64,000 nucleotides of DNA. Source: Octopus vulgaris. Taxonomy: Eukaryota. A model generated the notes under the pieces. The model was not told where the DNA came from, did no database searches, and was given only the letters and a program-made list of their open reading frames with translations. How positions within the stretch are numbered: the stretch's first letter is position 1; each line of letters begins with the position of its first letter. The translations under genes were made by a program, and so were the position numbers. Positions 1 through 13,100 of this stretch are shown here, piece after piece. Location: NCBI GenBank assembly GCA_951406725.2, contig OX597821.1, forward strand, positions 28,892,001 through 28,956,000, given 5' to 3'.

Positions 1-399
1 CATATCTGATATGAGTATAAGTCCACAAAATATTTTATATAGTAGATATCTATGCACTCAATTTGTATTCATATTATATTCAATGCGCTGCACAAAAACC
101 AAGGTAAAAAATATAAAATTCCAAGTATTTTCCATATTTCTTGTTTACTAACGCTAAATAAACAGTGATAGTTTCTATGGCTGTGCAATCAAACCTATGC
201 AATTATACGAGTATGTTTCCCGTATGTGGATAAAAGTTTCAACATTTTCCTTCAATTTCCTTACACCATTTATGTGGCTGTTTCTGACAAGAAATTTCGC
301 TTTCATGTAAAACAATTATATTTTGTAGTCATTATCTGTAATCTACTCCCCAAACACTTCAGCAGCTCTACTTTACATGGATTGAAAATTTATGTTCTA

Positions 400-1550
400 T
401 GATCATTAAAAGTGCAATGACCTCTACAATAACCAGCCTTCAATTTGATTTTCCGTTCCTAGCTTAATCGTAAACAGATTGCCATGCTACGTATAAACCT
501 TCTCGGTAGTTCAATTATTTGGTGAAAAAAATACCACGAAAGCAACTTAAACCGTCCGAAGGACGGGTGCGTTTGCTAGTCATTATATATTTGTGTGAAG
601 CTTATATGCAGTAGCGTTATTGATGTCTTGTACATGATTTTCTTTTTCATATATGCATATAATTGTTACGATGAGAGTGTTCTGATGGAAGGGGAGTTTA
701 AGATATATAGTGATGAATATGGTATAAAGGTGTGCTAAATTTCTTGTGCTTTTATGTTGCGGATTGAGTGGTAGGTAGGAAAAAAAGCCGGAGATTGCTG
801 GGTTGAACTTGAGGTACGATTACGCCTGGAACGTGTTTAAAGTTTCGAAATTCAAAGCGTTTTATATATGGGGTGGTGATAATGTTGGTTCCCTTCTGCG
901 TTTTACCGCCAAGGTCAATATTTCGTACGTTATATTTACTGATTTTAGCAAAGCTCTCACAATTCATGCGTGGATTATCCATTCTGCATACCTCTTGATT
1001 CCATTAAAATCCAGATAATAATATCGCATTACGCTTGCTTCTAGTACTGAGAGAAGCTACATGTTATGTGAATCTTTACTTGAGAGGCTTTGTCATGCCG
1101 CCAATATCGGGAATGTCATTCATCTGAAGTTAAATAATTGTTGTGAGGAGTTTAAATTATTGTAAAGATCTGTGAACTTATTATAGGGATGTAGCTATAA
1201 CAAATTTTAACAGAATTTTGGTATGATGAACTAAACTCTGGCATCATTCTACGTCGTTGGAATCTATTTTGGCGTACGTTCAGTATGTGCAATATTTTCA
1301 GTAAAGTTGTGATGTATAGAAAGGCTTTAATGCAGGTTTTTTTTAATCCATGGTTAAACTAGAAATACACCAGCTAATAGTAATTGTAAGTGATTTAATG
1401 ATTGATAGTGGGTGGTTTGTGACTGTATTAATGTAGGTAGTTTCTTCGTTTGGGTTATCAAACAGGCTGCATTTACTTGAGGTAAGATTTGCGTCAATAT
1501 TTACACACTTCGTGTTCTCTGTGACTTTTAGGTTAAGTAAATATCAAATT
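400..1550 (-). mobile_element. Degraded Penelope-like element (RT C-terminus/linker, probably Naiad-type)
   Basis: Minus-strand translation LNLKVTENTKCVNIDANLTSSKCSLFDNPNEETTYINTVTNHPLSIIKSLTITISWCISSL resembles the PLE RT consensus (LKITIE..NFLD..L...KPN..P.YIN..SNHP.SIIK). NSVKICYSYIP at ~1190-1220 resembles NTVKISYSCMPN. The left boundary is uncertain. Confidence 0.7.
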
Positions 1551-1619
1551 TTTTTATCATTTTAAATAGAAAAAAAAATTAGCTGAAGAATAGTACAGGA
1601 AGAATAATGCATAAAACCA

Positions 1620-1698
1620 CATAGATAGATATTTATATACATATATACATATATAAACAGACAGACATACAGACATGCAGACAGACAGACAGATAGAC

Positions 1699-1747
<49 letters not shown>

Positions 1748-1830
1748 TTTATATACATATATACATATATAAACAGACAGACAGACTGACAGACAGACAT
1801 ACAGACATACAGACAGACAGACAGACAGAC

Positions 1831-1920
<90 letters not shown>

Positions 1921-1922
1921 GT
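1620..1922. repeat. (GATA)n/(GACA)n microsatellite
   Basis: Direct sequence. Confidence 0.97.
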
Positions 1923-2262
1923 AGATCCTCTTTCCCTAGGGACATGTTAATACTAGAGTTTGGGAGATTTTTCTTGAGTTTATTTCTTATTTATAGTCGA
2001 CTGAAATTGACACTGGAAATTTTGTCTACCTTCTCTCGAAAGAGATAATTTCAATGAATTAAGCGTTTCTTTTTTATGGTATTTAGTATATCCCCCTTCA
2101 TCTTTTTCATTTAATTCCATGCCACTAACCTCTCTGAATTATTCCTGTTAGCTCGTTCCATACACACATACGTACGTACGCACGTACGTACATAAATACA
2201 TACATACATACATACATACATACATACATACATACATAATACATACACACATACATACATGT

Positions 2263-2600
2263 GTGACCCCCTTCGGTCAGACACTAACCATGGGCTTCCA
2301 CCTAGAAAGTTACCCCCCCCCCAGGCAAAGTCCGGGCAAGGTTGTTTATGGAAGACTAGCAGTCGCCCATGCATACCAACTTCCCCTCTCCACGTCACCA
2401 GTGTTATCCAAGGGAAAGGCAAAGACCGATACAGCTTGGTACCTGTGACGTCGCAACTCATTTCTACAGCTGAGTGAACTGGAGCAACGTGAAGCAAAGC
2501 GTCTTGCTCAAGAACACAACACGCAGCCCGGTCCGGGATTCGAGCTCACAACCTCACGATTGTAAGCTCGACGCTCTAACTACTGAGCCACGCGCCTTCA
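2263..2600 (-). mobile_element. tRNA-derived SINE (family A)
   Basis: Minus strand begins GAAGGCGCGTGGCTCAGTAGTTAGAGCG (A box) ... GCTCGAATCCC (B box). A close copy lies at 50549-50885. Confidence 0.9.
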
Positions 2601-3373
2601 CATACATACAAACATACGTACATACGTGTGCACGTGCGCATGTATGCACATACGTGTGTGCATGAATGTAGCTATATAACAAGGCACTAATAGAGAATGA
2701 TGGTGAGCGAAAGAGGCACCATCGTTCAAAAGCATAAATTACTCTTGCTAAATTATCACGATATATATTTAACTTGTATATTAACGGATTAGGCGAACAA
2801 AACAAGTTTTAGACTCCTTAAGAACACTCAACTATTGCAATTGTGATGCATGCTAGGATTATGGTATGTAGATAGGTGTAGAAATAAGTATATTTATCAC
2901 GTTTGATGACAAAGATGAAAGACATATTTCTACATCAGAAAGAAATATTTATATAGACTGCTGGCATTGCTTGCCTCGGGAATGTTAACCATCGACGATA
3001 ATGCACATTCGAATACACACATTTTTACATGTCTGAATTATTGTATATGTATTTAAGTGTTTGTGCGTGTGTCAGTGAGCGTATGTGTGTGAATGAGTTT
3101 ATATCATACCAATTACGCTTGATGCATTATTATGATTTATAACTTTGCGAAAATGTTAAAGTTTTTTTATATATATCGGGCAACTAAGTAAACTATATCT
3201 CTTTTCATAGTTTACTGTAATTTGTTATCTAGAAACCAGCTATTCTAGAGTGAGAGAATGGATAACGTAGAACTAAAGCAGTGGGCGAAAAATAAGGGAT
3301 GTTACCTTAGTTCACTAGTAGTGAACAGCTGACACCGTAGTACTTCTTCAGCGTTAGAAGCTGTGCAAAGACA

Positions 3374-3375
<2 letters not shown>

Positions 3376-3453
<78 letters not shown>

Positions 3454-3520
3454 GAGGATAATAGTACTATTATCATTACTATTATTATTATCATTATTAT
3501 TATTATTATCATTATTATTG
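3376..3520. repeat. (TAA)n/(TTA)n microsatellite
   Basis: Direct sequence. Confidence 0.95.
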
Positions 3521-3529
3521 CATAACATT

Positions 3530-4022
3530 TAGTGGTTTCAGGTAATTTTTTGTTGCATCACCCGCTATACCAGCATGTTGCTGGGGTGTGTGTAGCATTG
3601 TGTGTTCGTTTTGGTTGTTGGGAGGGAGGTTCAAATACTGAAATGTTGTAATCCGTCAGTTACTTTTTGTCATGGGCTCTATTGCAGTCTTTTGCTGTAT
3701 TAGTGTTTGTATTGTGTATTGTGTGTGTAATATGTTGTTTGACTAGCCTGCTGGTGGTTGTTTATTTTATTGGATATTTGCTATATAGACTGTGCCTTGT
3801 GTTTGTGAGTTGTTTTGTTTGGGTTCTATTAGTGAATTTATAGTGTCTTTTGTATAATGTGGGCTGTTCCTAGCAGGGATATTTTTGGCTAGTGTGTAAT
3901 ATCGAAAATCCAGGTATAGCTTCTACGTTATTGATATGTTTCTTATCATGCCCAATGCTCTAATTATTACTGGTATTGTTTTTCACCTCCATGCCCCTCA
4001 TCTTGAATACTTCAATTCCGTG
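3530..4022 (-). mobile_element. 3' end of an R4/Dong-like non-LTR retrotransposon
   Basis: Minus strand ~3940-4010 reads ..TIPVIIRALGMIR, matching the RLE C-terminal IPVVIGALG motif; it lies between TAA tracts. Confidence 0.55.
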
Positions 4023-4023
4023 C

Positions 4024-4073
<50 letters not shown>

Positions 4074-4074
4074 G

Positions 4075-5530
4075 AAAACTAAAAGCTTATTTTGCTGGGT
4101 ACGTTGCAAAGTGTCAGCTGTCCACAGCCAGCAGACTAAGGTGATACTTGTTTACTGGTCATGCTTCAAGAACCCTGTGGAGAATTCTTGAAGTTCAAGC
4201 TTTGCTGGTTTTTGTAGGTGTTATAACTTCCCACTTGCACCGATCTTTTTCAGCCATGTTGGTAGTTGAGTGTTGATACTTCCAAGTGAACCAATTACAA
4301 ACGGTATCACGTCTACTCTCTTCATTGACCACGATCTTCGTATTCCTCAATACAAATCGTCATAATTGTTTATTTTTTACTTCCTTCACATTGATCTTGT
4401 TGTCACCAGGCATGCTATGTCCATTATCATACATGTTCTTTTTTATTCACCGCAATACATGTCCGGTTACCGATGTCTGGTCGGGTGATTGCATTGGTTC
4501 ATTGCATCCCACAGGATTTTGCAATTCTCGTTTTCGGTGACTCCTTCGGGAGTGTTCTTACCACGTCTTTGCACTTTGTAGGCCGTGATTTCCACAGTGA
4601 TCTCAATGGATCATTCTTGCTAAATTGTCATGGCGTCTTTTTTATTTGCGTTGTGCCAATTTCGGACATTCGCTAACGATGTGCCACACCCTTGCACCCC
4701 TCTCACCATACTCTGCATTTGTCGCTATCGGTAGTGTTGTCTATTCAGCACTTCATATGATTAATCCTTAATGCCTGTTCGTAAGCTGCGCATGAGTGCT
4801 TCTGTCTCTATCTTCAGGTCACTCCTCCTCATCCATAGCCACCGGGCCTCTATATCTATCTTGGTGTTCATATCTCTTTCAAACTGACCTTACATTTTCT
4901 TTTTCTTCCATGATTTTTTTGTGTTCATTTCATGTTTAAATTTTTCTTTCATTACACAATTTTCAGTTTTGATGACACCGGATTTTTCGTGTGTTTCGAC
5001 AGTGGCTCCACGACATTTTTTATATACTACCCTAGGCTGTTTTCCTCTGCTTCGATCTAAAATTCTGTCTATGATTAATCGACATTGTTTGAGTAGTCAC
5101 TGATCTCAATTCTTTAACAATTCACGGTGTTATATGTTTGCGAACAATTGTCCATCCCTTCAACTATACCACTTTCGTTCCCCGCATGCCCAGCATCACC
5201 CGACATCCTTCTTTTAACTGCTTCTAGCTCCAATTCTGTTAACCAGCCATTCTTTCGTATTGCTGTTGCTTGGTCACATAATCTCTGTTTAGTAATTTCG
5301 AACAGTTTCGTTGCCCATTCACTGTGCATTCGTTTTCTGTACCCTCTGAAAAGCACGCCATTCGCATCCACTGGGGTGCTCCGATAGTAACACTTCATAA
5401 CCATCATGTTTACTTGTTCACTCCACTTATGCTTTGTACTATGGCTAGCAGTTGCTGGATTACTACCGGGCTCACCCTACTGCACACTGGGGCACCTGGC
5501 GAGTGCGACACCTTCACCATTCATTTCAGT
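4075..5530 (-). mobile_element. R4/Dong-clade non-LTR retrotransposon, internally deleted
   Basis: ORF 5114-5407 has the R4 N-terminal motif GYRKRM..W..TKQRLCDQ..AIRKNGWL.ELELE. Bases 4150-4900 encode a frameshifted zinc knuckle (KCRVW..HIVSECPKLAQ) and a PD..D restriction-like endonuclease. A (TAA)n tract follows the 3' end. Confidence 0.85.
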
Positions 5531-5565
5531 CCCGTTCACACAGTTATCGTCATCTATTTTGCTTG

Positions 5566-5778
5566 GCAAGGCAGCGAGCTGGTAGAATCGCTAGGATCCT
5601 CGGAATAGTGCTTAGCGACATTACGCCCATCTTTACGTTCTGAGTTCAAATTCTGCCGTAGTTGACTTCAGCCTTTCGGGGTCGATAAAATAAGTATCAG
5701 TTAAGCACTAGGGTCAATGTAATCGATTTACCCGCTCGCCGAAATAGCTGGTTTTGTGCCAACATTTGAAACCATTAT
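5566..5778 (+). mobile_element. tRNA-derived SINE (family B, Meta-domain-like)
   Basis: GGCAGCGAGCTGGTAGAATCG head, GAGTTCAAATTC B box, CCTTTCGGGGTCGATAAAATAAGTA body; many copies in the window. Confidence 0.8.
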
Positions 5779-5999
5779 TATAATTGTGATAGTTGTTATT
5801 GTCGTTGTATTTTCTGCTGCTACTGTTATTGTTATTAATCACGTGTTAAATTGTATAAACGTTGTAAGCGGTCTGCAAGGGGAAGCATTGCTTTGTACTT
5901 TCTATATAATTCTTTTCAACACTTCACATCTGTTCATACTTTCTGTCGAGGATTTTCTGGATAATTCTTGCCGAACGAATTAAATTGGTTTTCTGAACT

Positions 6000-7550
6000 G
6001 CGCTTAGTCACAGGTTAAGTTCTAGTTATCGCAACTTTACTATCAAATTGTTTGCCACAATTCGCAAGGCTTCAATGATAATTGGCAGGATCATGACTGT
6101 TTTAACTACATAGAAGCAGCATTTGAGAATTTCTTATTTCATGTCTGTATGATGCAATCAACGTTTTCTTTTCCCTCTATTCTGACTCTAATTTGAAATG
6201 GACATGCTTTATCGATCACAATACATAGTTTCTTCTTCATATCCAGCTTGTTGAGATCTATTTTTCTTTTAGTTAGACAAGAAAAATCCTGGAGTACATA
6301 CTTCATAGTTTTCGAGGACTTTCTTTTCTATTCCCAGAAAATCATGTATATCTTTTCTGTACATGCTAAACTAAATTTGTTACAGAAATTTCAATGAATT
6401 ACTGCACCAATCTTATATGTTCACATTTTGTGCTTATTGTAAGCTAAATGTGGACATTCTAATACAATGTGAGACATAATTTTGTCTAAATCATTACACA
6501 TATTAAATTTGAATGAGCAGTCCTCTATACCTGTTACATTTTTAAACTGTTTTACTCTTAGGACCTGTTAAAATCATTCTTTAGATCCCTTTTTAAAGCA
6601 TCTTTTTTTAAGCAGAGTCAACTGTCCTTATCATCCTTTATTTCTTTTGTCTTACTGAGAGAGAAAAAACCTAATGACGTTTATTTCTTTTAAATTGAAT
6701 TTCCATTTATTTTTTTTTTATTTTTCTCGTTTCTCTTTCTAAGCTCTGAGAATTCTATATCAACACTTATCAATTTCTTTAGAACTTGTTCCCCAGTTAG
6801 AAACCTAACCCACTTTCCTTTAATTCTATTATTTCTTCGCTACTCAATAGCATTCTTATCCTTTCTCCATTCAATAAGTCCAGATCCATTTTTGTATGAG
6901 ATGCCTTTGACTTTTTTGCTATTTTCAAATTTGATATTTAGATGTAATTTTTATATTCCCATAAATGGGTAGACCTACTCTAGTGCTTTTCCCCGTTTCA
7001 TCCGTATCGTAGCACATTTCTACATTCCGTAATTAAATAGTCTTAGTTTGCAATACGAAGTCCAGTTGAGTTTTGTATTTGCCATGAAGCTTTAATCGAT
7101 AAAGAGGAGATTATCTACTTTTCCCCTCTTCTTGAACGCTGAGAAACACTCCTTGGTTTTGTTTAGTGAAATCCACAAAAGGATCATCTGATTACAAACA
7201 AGATTTGAGAGAGACTCTCCACACAAAAAATTTCTCTTCTGATTTATACATCGCCTAATTTTCCTATACCACTTAGATCCACTCTCTTATGTCGCATTGC
7301 ATTTTCTAACAGGTATTTAACATCTGCTTTTCTATAATCGTTCCACGCAATGCATAGTCGTGTCAATCTCTTTCAAAAGTCTCTGAAAACCATATTGTTG
7401 ATCATTGCTTGATTTTTCCTTCCCTTGCTCTCTAGTTTTTCTTTACCTTTTCTGCTCAGCTCGTTTAAGCGAGGACATATATTAACTCTATTCGATTACA
7501 TCTGATAAAGAAGGACAATTTTTGTACAAAACGATCGTCTGCACCTTTGC
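6000..7550 (-). mobile_element. Highly degraded R4/Dong-like RT-zinc knuckle region
   Basis: Minus-strand remnants AWNDYRKA, NLLFID..KLHGK, KCATIRMKRGK and SHIVLECPHLAY appear in the expected order, with many stops. Confidence 0.7.
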
Positions 7551-8199
7551 CTTTTCATTTAGCGTTGTAATCTGTGCATAAAGTTACAATATTATTAATA
7601 TAAATTAAGCATAAAACACTATGTTTCTGTTTCACACGGAACTATGCCCTGCTAGACAGGATAAAACCTATGATATCAATAAAAATAGAAAAACTAGAGT
7701 ATTAATGCTACTTCTAATAATTTTTTTCCGCATTAATCATAAACTTCATAAACAAGATATGTCATTAAAAAAAGAGTTAAATACAAATGTTGAGGAGAGT
7801 CACTCAAACCCTACAATGTCTAACAGTGATAAAACATTGGATTTATTGTCCAGGCTGTTCGTAATATTTTTGTTAGCATTTATTTTTAGAAACCTTACGA
7901 TCTGGTGTCAGATTCCTAATGGTGTAAGATACAAATTTCCTTGTTTTCATTACGAATATATCTCCATACAAGCTTTTGGTAGTTTGTTCTTAATGCAATC
8001 ATTATTTTCAATGTTTTCCACTCTGATCAAACAAATTTAACTTCAAGTTGACAAGAAAATAGTTGTAATACTTTAACAGAAAGATGTGTTGACACTTAGC
8101 TTTAAATATTAATCTAATACATCTATATTTCTTTCTAATTTTTTCTTTCATTTGTGTGTTGCAATCGGTTTATTTCACTTTGATATATTTCCCTTATCA

Positions 8200-8410
8200 C
8201 TGTTTCTTATTCTCACATGATATCTCTAGATTTAATTAGTCTTCCTCTCGTCTCGACCGTATACCCTTCGGCTATTTTCTTTAAACCGAACTATCACGCT
8301 AATATATTCACTGAATTCGTGTATCGTATTAGACAGAGTTTCAAGCTGTTTTTCTCTACTACAGCTTATAGATCGAGGTTATCCATCTACAGCAGGCGAC
8401 CGTTTGTATC
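8200..8410 (-). mobile_element. R4-like RT fragment
   Basis: Degenerate LLYMDDL.LY..EKQLETL..TIHEFSE.I...FGLKK on the minus strand. Confidence 0.55.
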
Positions 8411-8937
8411 CCATAACAGTTTTATTCTTATCCAGTATGATTTAGTATCGTATCGTTGATATCGTTGTTGTTATTATTCGTAAAAGATCAACTCTGATCA
8501 ATAAACCCGGTTATCAAAGGCACTGCATCGATGACTAATTTTATTTTTTCCTTCTTTGTACCTCAGGGACTATATTTCAATATGGGTCGGCAATTTTTTT
8601 TTTTTAAGATGTAGGGAATTTGGCTACTATTCATAGCAGATTAAGCAACCGCTCATAAACTTTCTCTTTAACCCGTTACATGACATGTTGCTAAAAGACG
8701 TTCACGCTCATCAGAAAAGAGGTACTGGGAGACAGACTGGGAGAAGAAAGAGGGGAAGAGAGAGGAAAGTGCGAGAGAGAGAGAGAGAGAGATCTTTTGA
8801 ATTTTCTTTTCCTACAGGATTTGGTTTCGTGTCTACGATTCACACCTTTGTTTGGATTTGGACAACTATCTTCATTTATTCCGGGCTTGTTTGATGTACC
8901 TGCTTCAAACTTACGATTGCAGTATACTACTCATAGT

Positions 8938-9142
8938 AAGGCGGTAACCTGTTAGGCTCCTTAGCACGCCGGGAAAACTGCTTAGCGGCATTTCGTCCTT
9001 CTTTACGCTCAGAGTTTATATTCAGCCGAGGTCGACTTTGCCTTTCATCCATTCTGAGTCGATAAAACAAGTACCATTTAAGCACTGGGGTTGATGTAAT
9101 TCCTCCAAAACTGCTGGCCTGGTGCCAAAATTTTAAGCCAAT
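8938..9142 (+). mobile_element. SINE family B
   Basis: GAGGTCGACTTTGCCTTTCATCC..GTCGATAAA body shared with the other copies. Confidence 0.8.
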
Positions 9143-9424
9143 ATGCTGCACATAGTCAACAATTCCAGAAGCTGAGGTTACTATTAATACCACATTACTA
9201 TCAGGTCCATACCATACGCAAAACCTTCATTTTTCTCTTACAATTTTTATTTATGGATTTTAGTAATAACCAACTAATTTTTCGATTTATATGGGGGCAC
9301 TCCGTCATTCCATCTGTTGAAAATTTATGCAGATAGCACGTATCAGGCGCGTTCAGTAATTTCATATTAAGTAGGTTGTACATACTTAATTCTAAAATCT
9401 TAACGTTTCTTTTACTTCTTTTTA

Positions 9425-10030
9425 CCTTTCGCATGTTTCAGCCATTAGAATGCAGTTATGCTGGGGCACCGCCTTGAAGAATTTTAGTCGAACGAATTGA
9501 CCTCAATATCTTTTTCTTTTTAAGTCTGGTACTTATTCTAACGGTCCTTTGCACGAACCGCTATGTTACAGGGAAGTAAGGAAAACAGGCACAAAGGCGC
9601 ATACATACACATATGTATGTATATGACAGACCTCTGTCATTTCCATCTACTAAATCTATTGACAGTAGAGGCGCGTGGCTTAGTGGTTAGGGTGTCATCA
9701 TAATGATCGTAAGATTGTGGTTTCGATTCCTGGACCGGGCGACACGTTGTGTTCTTGAGGAAAACACTTCATTTCACGTTCCTCCAATCCACTCAGCTGG
9801 CAAAAATGAGTAACGATGCGATGGACTGGCGTCCCGTCCAGCTGGGGAACACATACGCCATAGAAACCGGGAGACCGGGCCCATGAGCCTGGCTAGGCTT
9901 TAAAAGGGTGCATTTATTTATTTTAAATCTATTGAGAAGGCTTTAGTGAATGCAAGATTGTAGTATGAGGTGCCATGCACCGGGGCTGAACGCAGAACTT
10001 ATTGGTTAGGAAGCAGATGTTTAACCACGC
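9425..10030 (-). mobile_element. Old SINE family C copy interrupted by a younger SINE
   Basis: Similar to 46205-46645, and split at the duplicated site TAAATCTATTGA. Confidence 0.7.
9663..9923 (+). mobile_element. tRNA-derived SINE with V-domain-like 3' module; 12-bp TSD
   Basis: A box TGGCTTAGTGG, B box GTTTCGATTCC, and GCGATGGACTGGCGTCCCGTCCAG module. TSD TAAATCTATTGA at 9651-9662 and 9924-9935. Confidence 0.88.
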
Positions 10031-10403
10031 ATCCACCTCACTATTGGCTTTTAAAATCCTTTTCTGTTGTTTATTAAATGAGCTATTCAGACACTTTTAC
10101 TAAGTAATTTACTTAAATCATAGAATAACTTCTTAAGCGTTATATGGGTATCTATTAGCTATATCCGGAATGCATTCAACATTCTGTAATTTCTACGTAG
10201 GCTTCAAGGCGGGAGATTGGTATATTCGCAGGGTTCTCGCAGCTTTTCTTACGTGTCTCAACATTCCGAGTTCAAATCCTGTCGTGTTCAATGTCTGCCT
10301 TTCACCTCTTCGGAGTCAATACAATAAAGTATGAGTCATGTACTTAGAAATAATCATCTAACTCACTCATCTCCAAAGTTCATGACTCGTGTTTACATTC
10401 ATG

Positions 10404-10835
10404 GGATCTCTTCGGTTTGAACGGCAGTTTTTAACATAATTTCTAGGTAACTAAAAAATTTTAAACTTCATATTCTGGTAGAATGTGTTTATAAAACATC
10501 TTTTTCTATTGGCTTTATTGAGAAAATTCTATAGTTTGTAAAATATTTGTTGTTTTTTTTTTCTTCAATTTCTGCAATTTCAACCAATCAAATACGTCTA
10601 TTGAGGTAAAAAAAAAAAACAACATTCTGTGCCGTATAAATATGTCCCTCGTTTAAGAAACAGATTGGGTTTATTTACATTTGTGAAGAAAAAAAGATAC
10701 CCTTCCCCCCCAACCCTAACTAACCCTAACCCTAAAACAGATTGAAATGCAATAGATCGATACTAGGGTCATAATAATGAGTGACAATTTCATATGACAC
10801 CGCTTGAAAAAACTGTCGTGCAAACCGAAAGATCC
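10404..10835. mobile_element. MITE with ~28-bp TIRs (GGATCTYTTCGGTTTGAACGGCAGTTTT)
   Basis: TIRs at both ends, internal AACCCT repeats, and an inverted second copy at 12046-12456. Confidence 0.88.
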
Positions 10836-11121
10836 CATTTTTATTTTATTGGTTTTCTATAGGGGTGCTAATCTTTGATTTTATAATTGTATATAAATGC
10901 ATATAAACCCTTATATATTATAGATAGTTTATAATATATATGGGTTCTATCTTCACTATGTATTTCATATAATGCTTGTTTCCATTATAGTAACTTATAT
11001 TCCATATATTTCCTCATATACTTTATATAATGCTTATATTTTCATAATGTATTCTATAATACGCCTCTCTTTACATTATATTTTCTATATAAATCACATA
11101 TATTTTCATTTTATATAATAT

Positions 11122-11512
11122 TCTTTTATTCTTTTACTTGTTTCAGTAGTTTGACTACGGTCAGGCTAGAGCACCGCCTTAAAGGGTTTTAGTCAAAGAA
11201 ATCGACCCCATGTCTTCTTTTTTGTAAGCCTAATATTTATTCTGTCGGTCTCTTTTGCCGAACCGCTAAATTATGGAACATAAACTCACTAGCGTCGGTT
11301 GTCAAGCGATGGCTCGAGGAACAAACACTACCCACCCCCCACATTTATATATATATATACGACAGGCTTCTTTCAGTTTCCGTTTACCAAATCCACTCAC
11401 AAAGCTTTGGTCGGTCCGAGAAGATACTTGCCCATGTTGCCACGTAGTGGGACTGAACCCGGGACTATGTGGCTGGGAATCAAACTTCTTACCACACAGC
11501 CATACATGCACC
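11122..11512 (-). mobile_element. SINE family C (CORE-like, internal microsatellite)
   Basis: Matches 32510-32925 and 42268-42700 in reverse. Confidence 0.85.
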
Positions 11513-11657
11513 TACGACTGAAATTTTTCTGGTTATGTCATATGTAATATATTCCTCTGTTATTGATGTTACAACCTCAACCGTTGTGTTTTCATGAAAG
11601 TTTTAACGCATTTGAGTCACATCATGTTTTTAAGGGTGGTGCTTAGGTTTCATACCT

Positions 11658-11859
11658 ATTTCTTTATTACCCACAAGGGGCTAAACATAGAGGGGACGAA
11701 CAAGGACAGACATAGGTATTAAGTCGATTACATCGACCCCGAAAGGATGAAAGGCAAAGTCGACCTCGGCGGAATTTGAACTCACAACGTAACGGCAGAC
11801 GAAATTACCGCTTAGCATTTCGCCCGGCGCGCTAACGATTCTGCCAGCTCGCTGCCTTA
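11658..11859 (-). mobile_element. SINE family B with 15-bp TSD
   Basis: TTAGGTTTCATACCT at 11643-11657 and 11860-11874. Confidence 0.88.
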
Positions 11860-12045
11860 TTAGGTTTCATACCTGCTTAGGTTTCATACCTGCTACAGGA
11901 TTAGTGTTACGCCGGACGGTAACTGTAGAGAATACCACGTGCTGTGTGCTGTGTGGTTTGTTGTTCTGTAGCAACTGCGCAGAATCTAAGTTGTGTGATT
12001 TCTTTGCCGTATATTGTCGAGCATCTTTTATTGAAGAGAGTGTGT

Positions 12046-12456
12046 GGATCTTTTCGGTTTGAACGGCAGTTTTTTTCTAGCGGTGTCATATGAAATTGTC
12101 ACCCATAATTATGACCCTAGAATCGATCTATTGCATTTCAATCTGTTTTTGGGTTAGGGTTAAGAGTGGGAGAAAGGGTATCTTTTTTTCTTCACAAATG
12201 TAAATAAACCTAATCTGTTTCCTAAACGAGGGACATATTTATACGGCACAGAATGTGTTTACTTCAATAGACGTATTTGATTGGTTGAAATTGCAGAAAT
12301 TGAAGAAAAAAAAACAACAAATATCATTACAAACTATAGAATTTTCTCAATAAAGCCAAGAGAAAAATATGCTTTATAAACACATTCTACGAAGTTTAAA
12401 ATGTTTTAGTTACCTAGAAATTATGTTAAAAACTGCCGTTCAAACCGAAAAGATCC
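12046..12456. mobile_element. MITE, second copy, 8-bp TSD
   Basis: Perfect TIRs; GAGTGTGT at 12038-12045 and 12457-12464. Confidence 0.92.
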
Positions 12457-12699
12457 GAGTGTGTTATTATATAGAGTGTTGACTGCGTTAGAATATGCGT
12501 TATGTTTAACGTTAGGTGTCATTCAGTGTATTTTGTGTAAGCTGCGGGATTTTCTGTGGTAGTAATTGTCTAGATTATGTCGTGTGTTATTTGATTTGAT
12601 GTTGATTGTGCTACATCTGTGTTTGAGTGTGGAAAGCGTTTAGTTTGAGTTATACAATTGAATAGGAAGTGTCAGTTTATTACCTTTAGTATTCATGGC

Positions 12700-13100
12700 T
12701 TGAGAGGTACATTAAAAGTTTTCTATCTCGAAACAAGAATTAGGAAGATCTTGGAGGATATACATAAAAATATTAGCATCCAGGCTCAGTGTTTAGAAAT
12801 TCTTCAAATATATTCATGGTAAACAAAAAGCATTAAACAGGAAACAAGCTTAAAAGTATTCATAGTTGAATACTTTTGTTGAAGATTAAGAATGATTTTG
12901 AAGCCTAAGATAGATGTTCTGGATTGCCAAATATAATATGAGGATGTTTTAGTAAATAGGAGAGGAAGTGCTCATGATCATTTATAGAAAATCTGAGAGA
13001 AGGGTGGGTGTGTCCTGACAGTGGAATCCTGATCGAAGGCTTTTGACAGGAGGGACTCTGCTAAAAGCACCCAAGGTATCAGTTGGTAGTGTTAAACCGG
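12700..13100 (+). mobile_element. Degraded LINE RT fragment (L1/Tx1-like)
   Basis: TCGAAGGCTTTTGACAGG encodes SKAFDR; the rest is heavily decayed. Confidence 0.4.

Noticed and set aside
2520-2600. tRNA genes at A/B-box sites (also ~9670, ~25030, ~36400, ~39380)
   Set aside because: These are SINE heads with bodies and tails, most with TSDs, and no complete cloverleaf.
7621-8040. 139-aa ORF (and the 70-aa ORF at 60734-60946)
   Set aside because: No recognisable homology or splice context; AT-rich region among decayed TEs.
8685-8722. Minus-strand CTGATGA-GCG-TGAA-CGT
   Set aside because: No GAAA core half.
10712-10735. Interstitial telomere
   Set aside because: Only ~3 hexamers, internal to a MITE.
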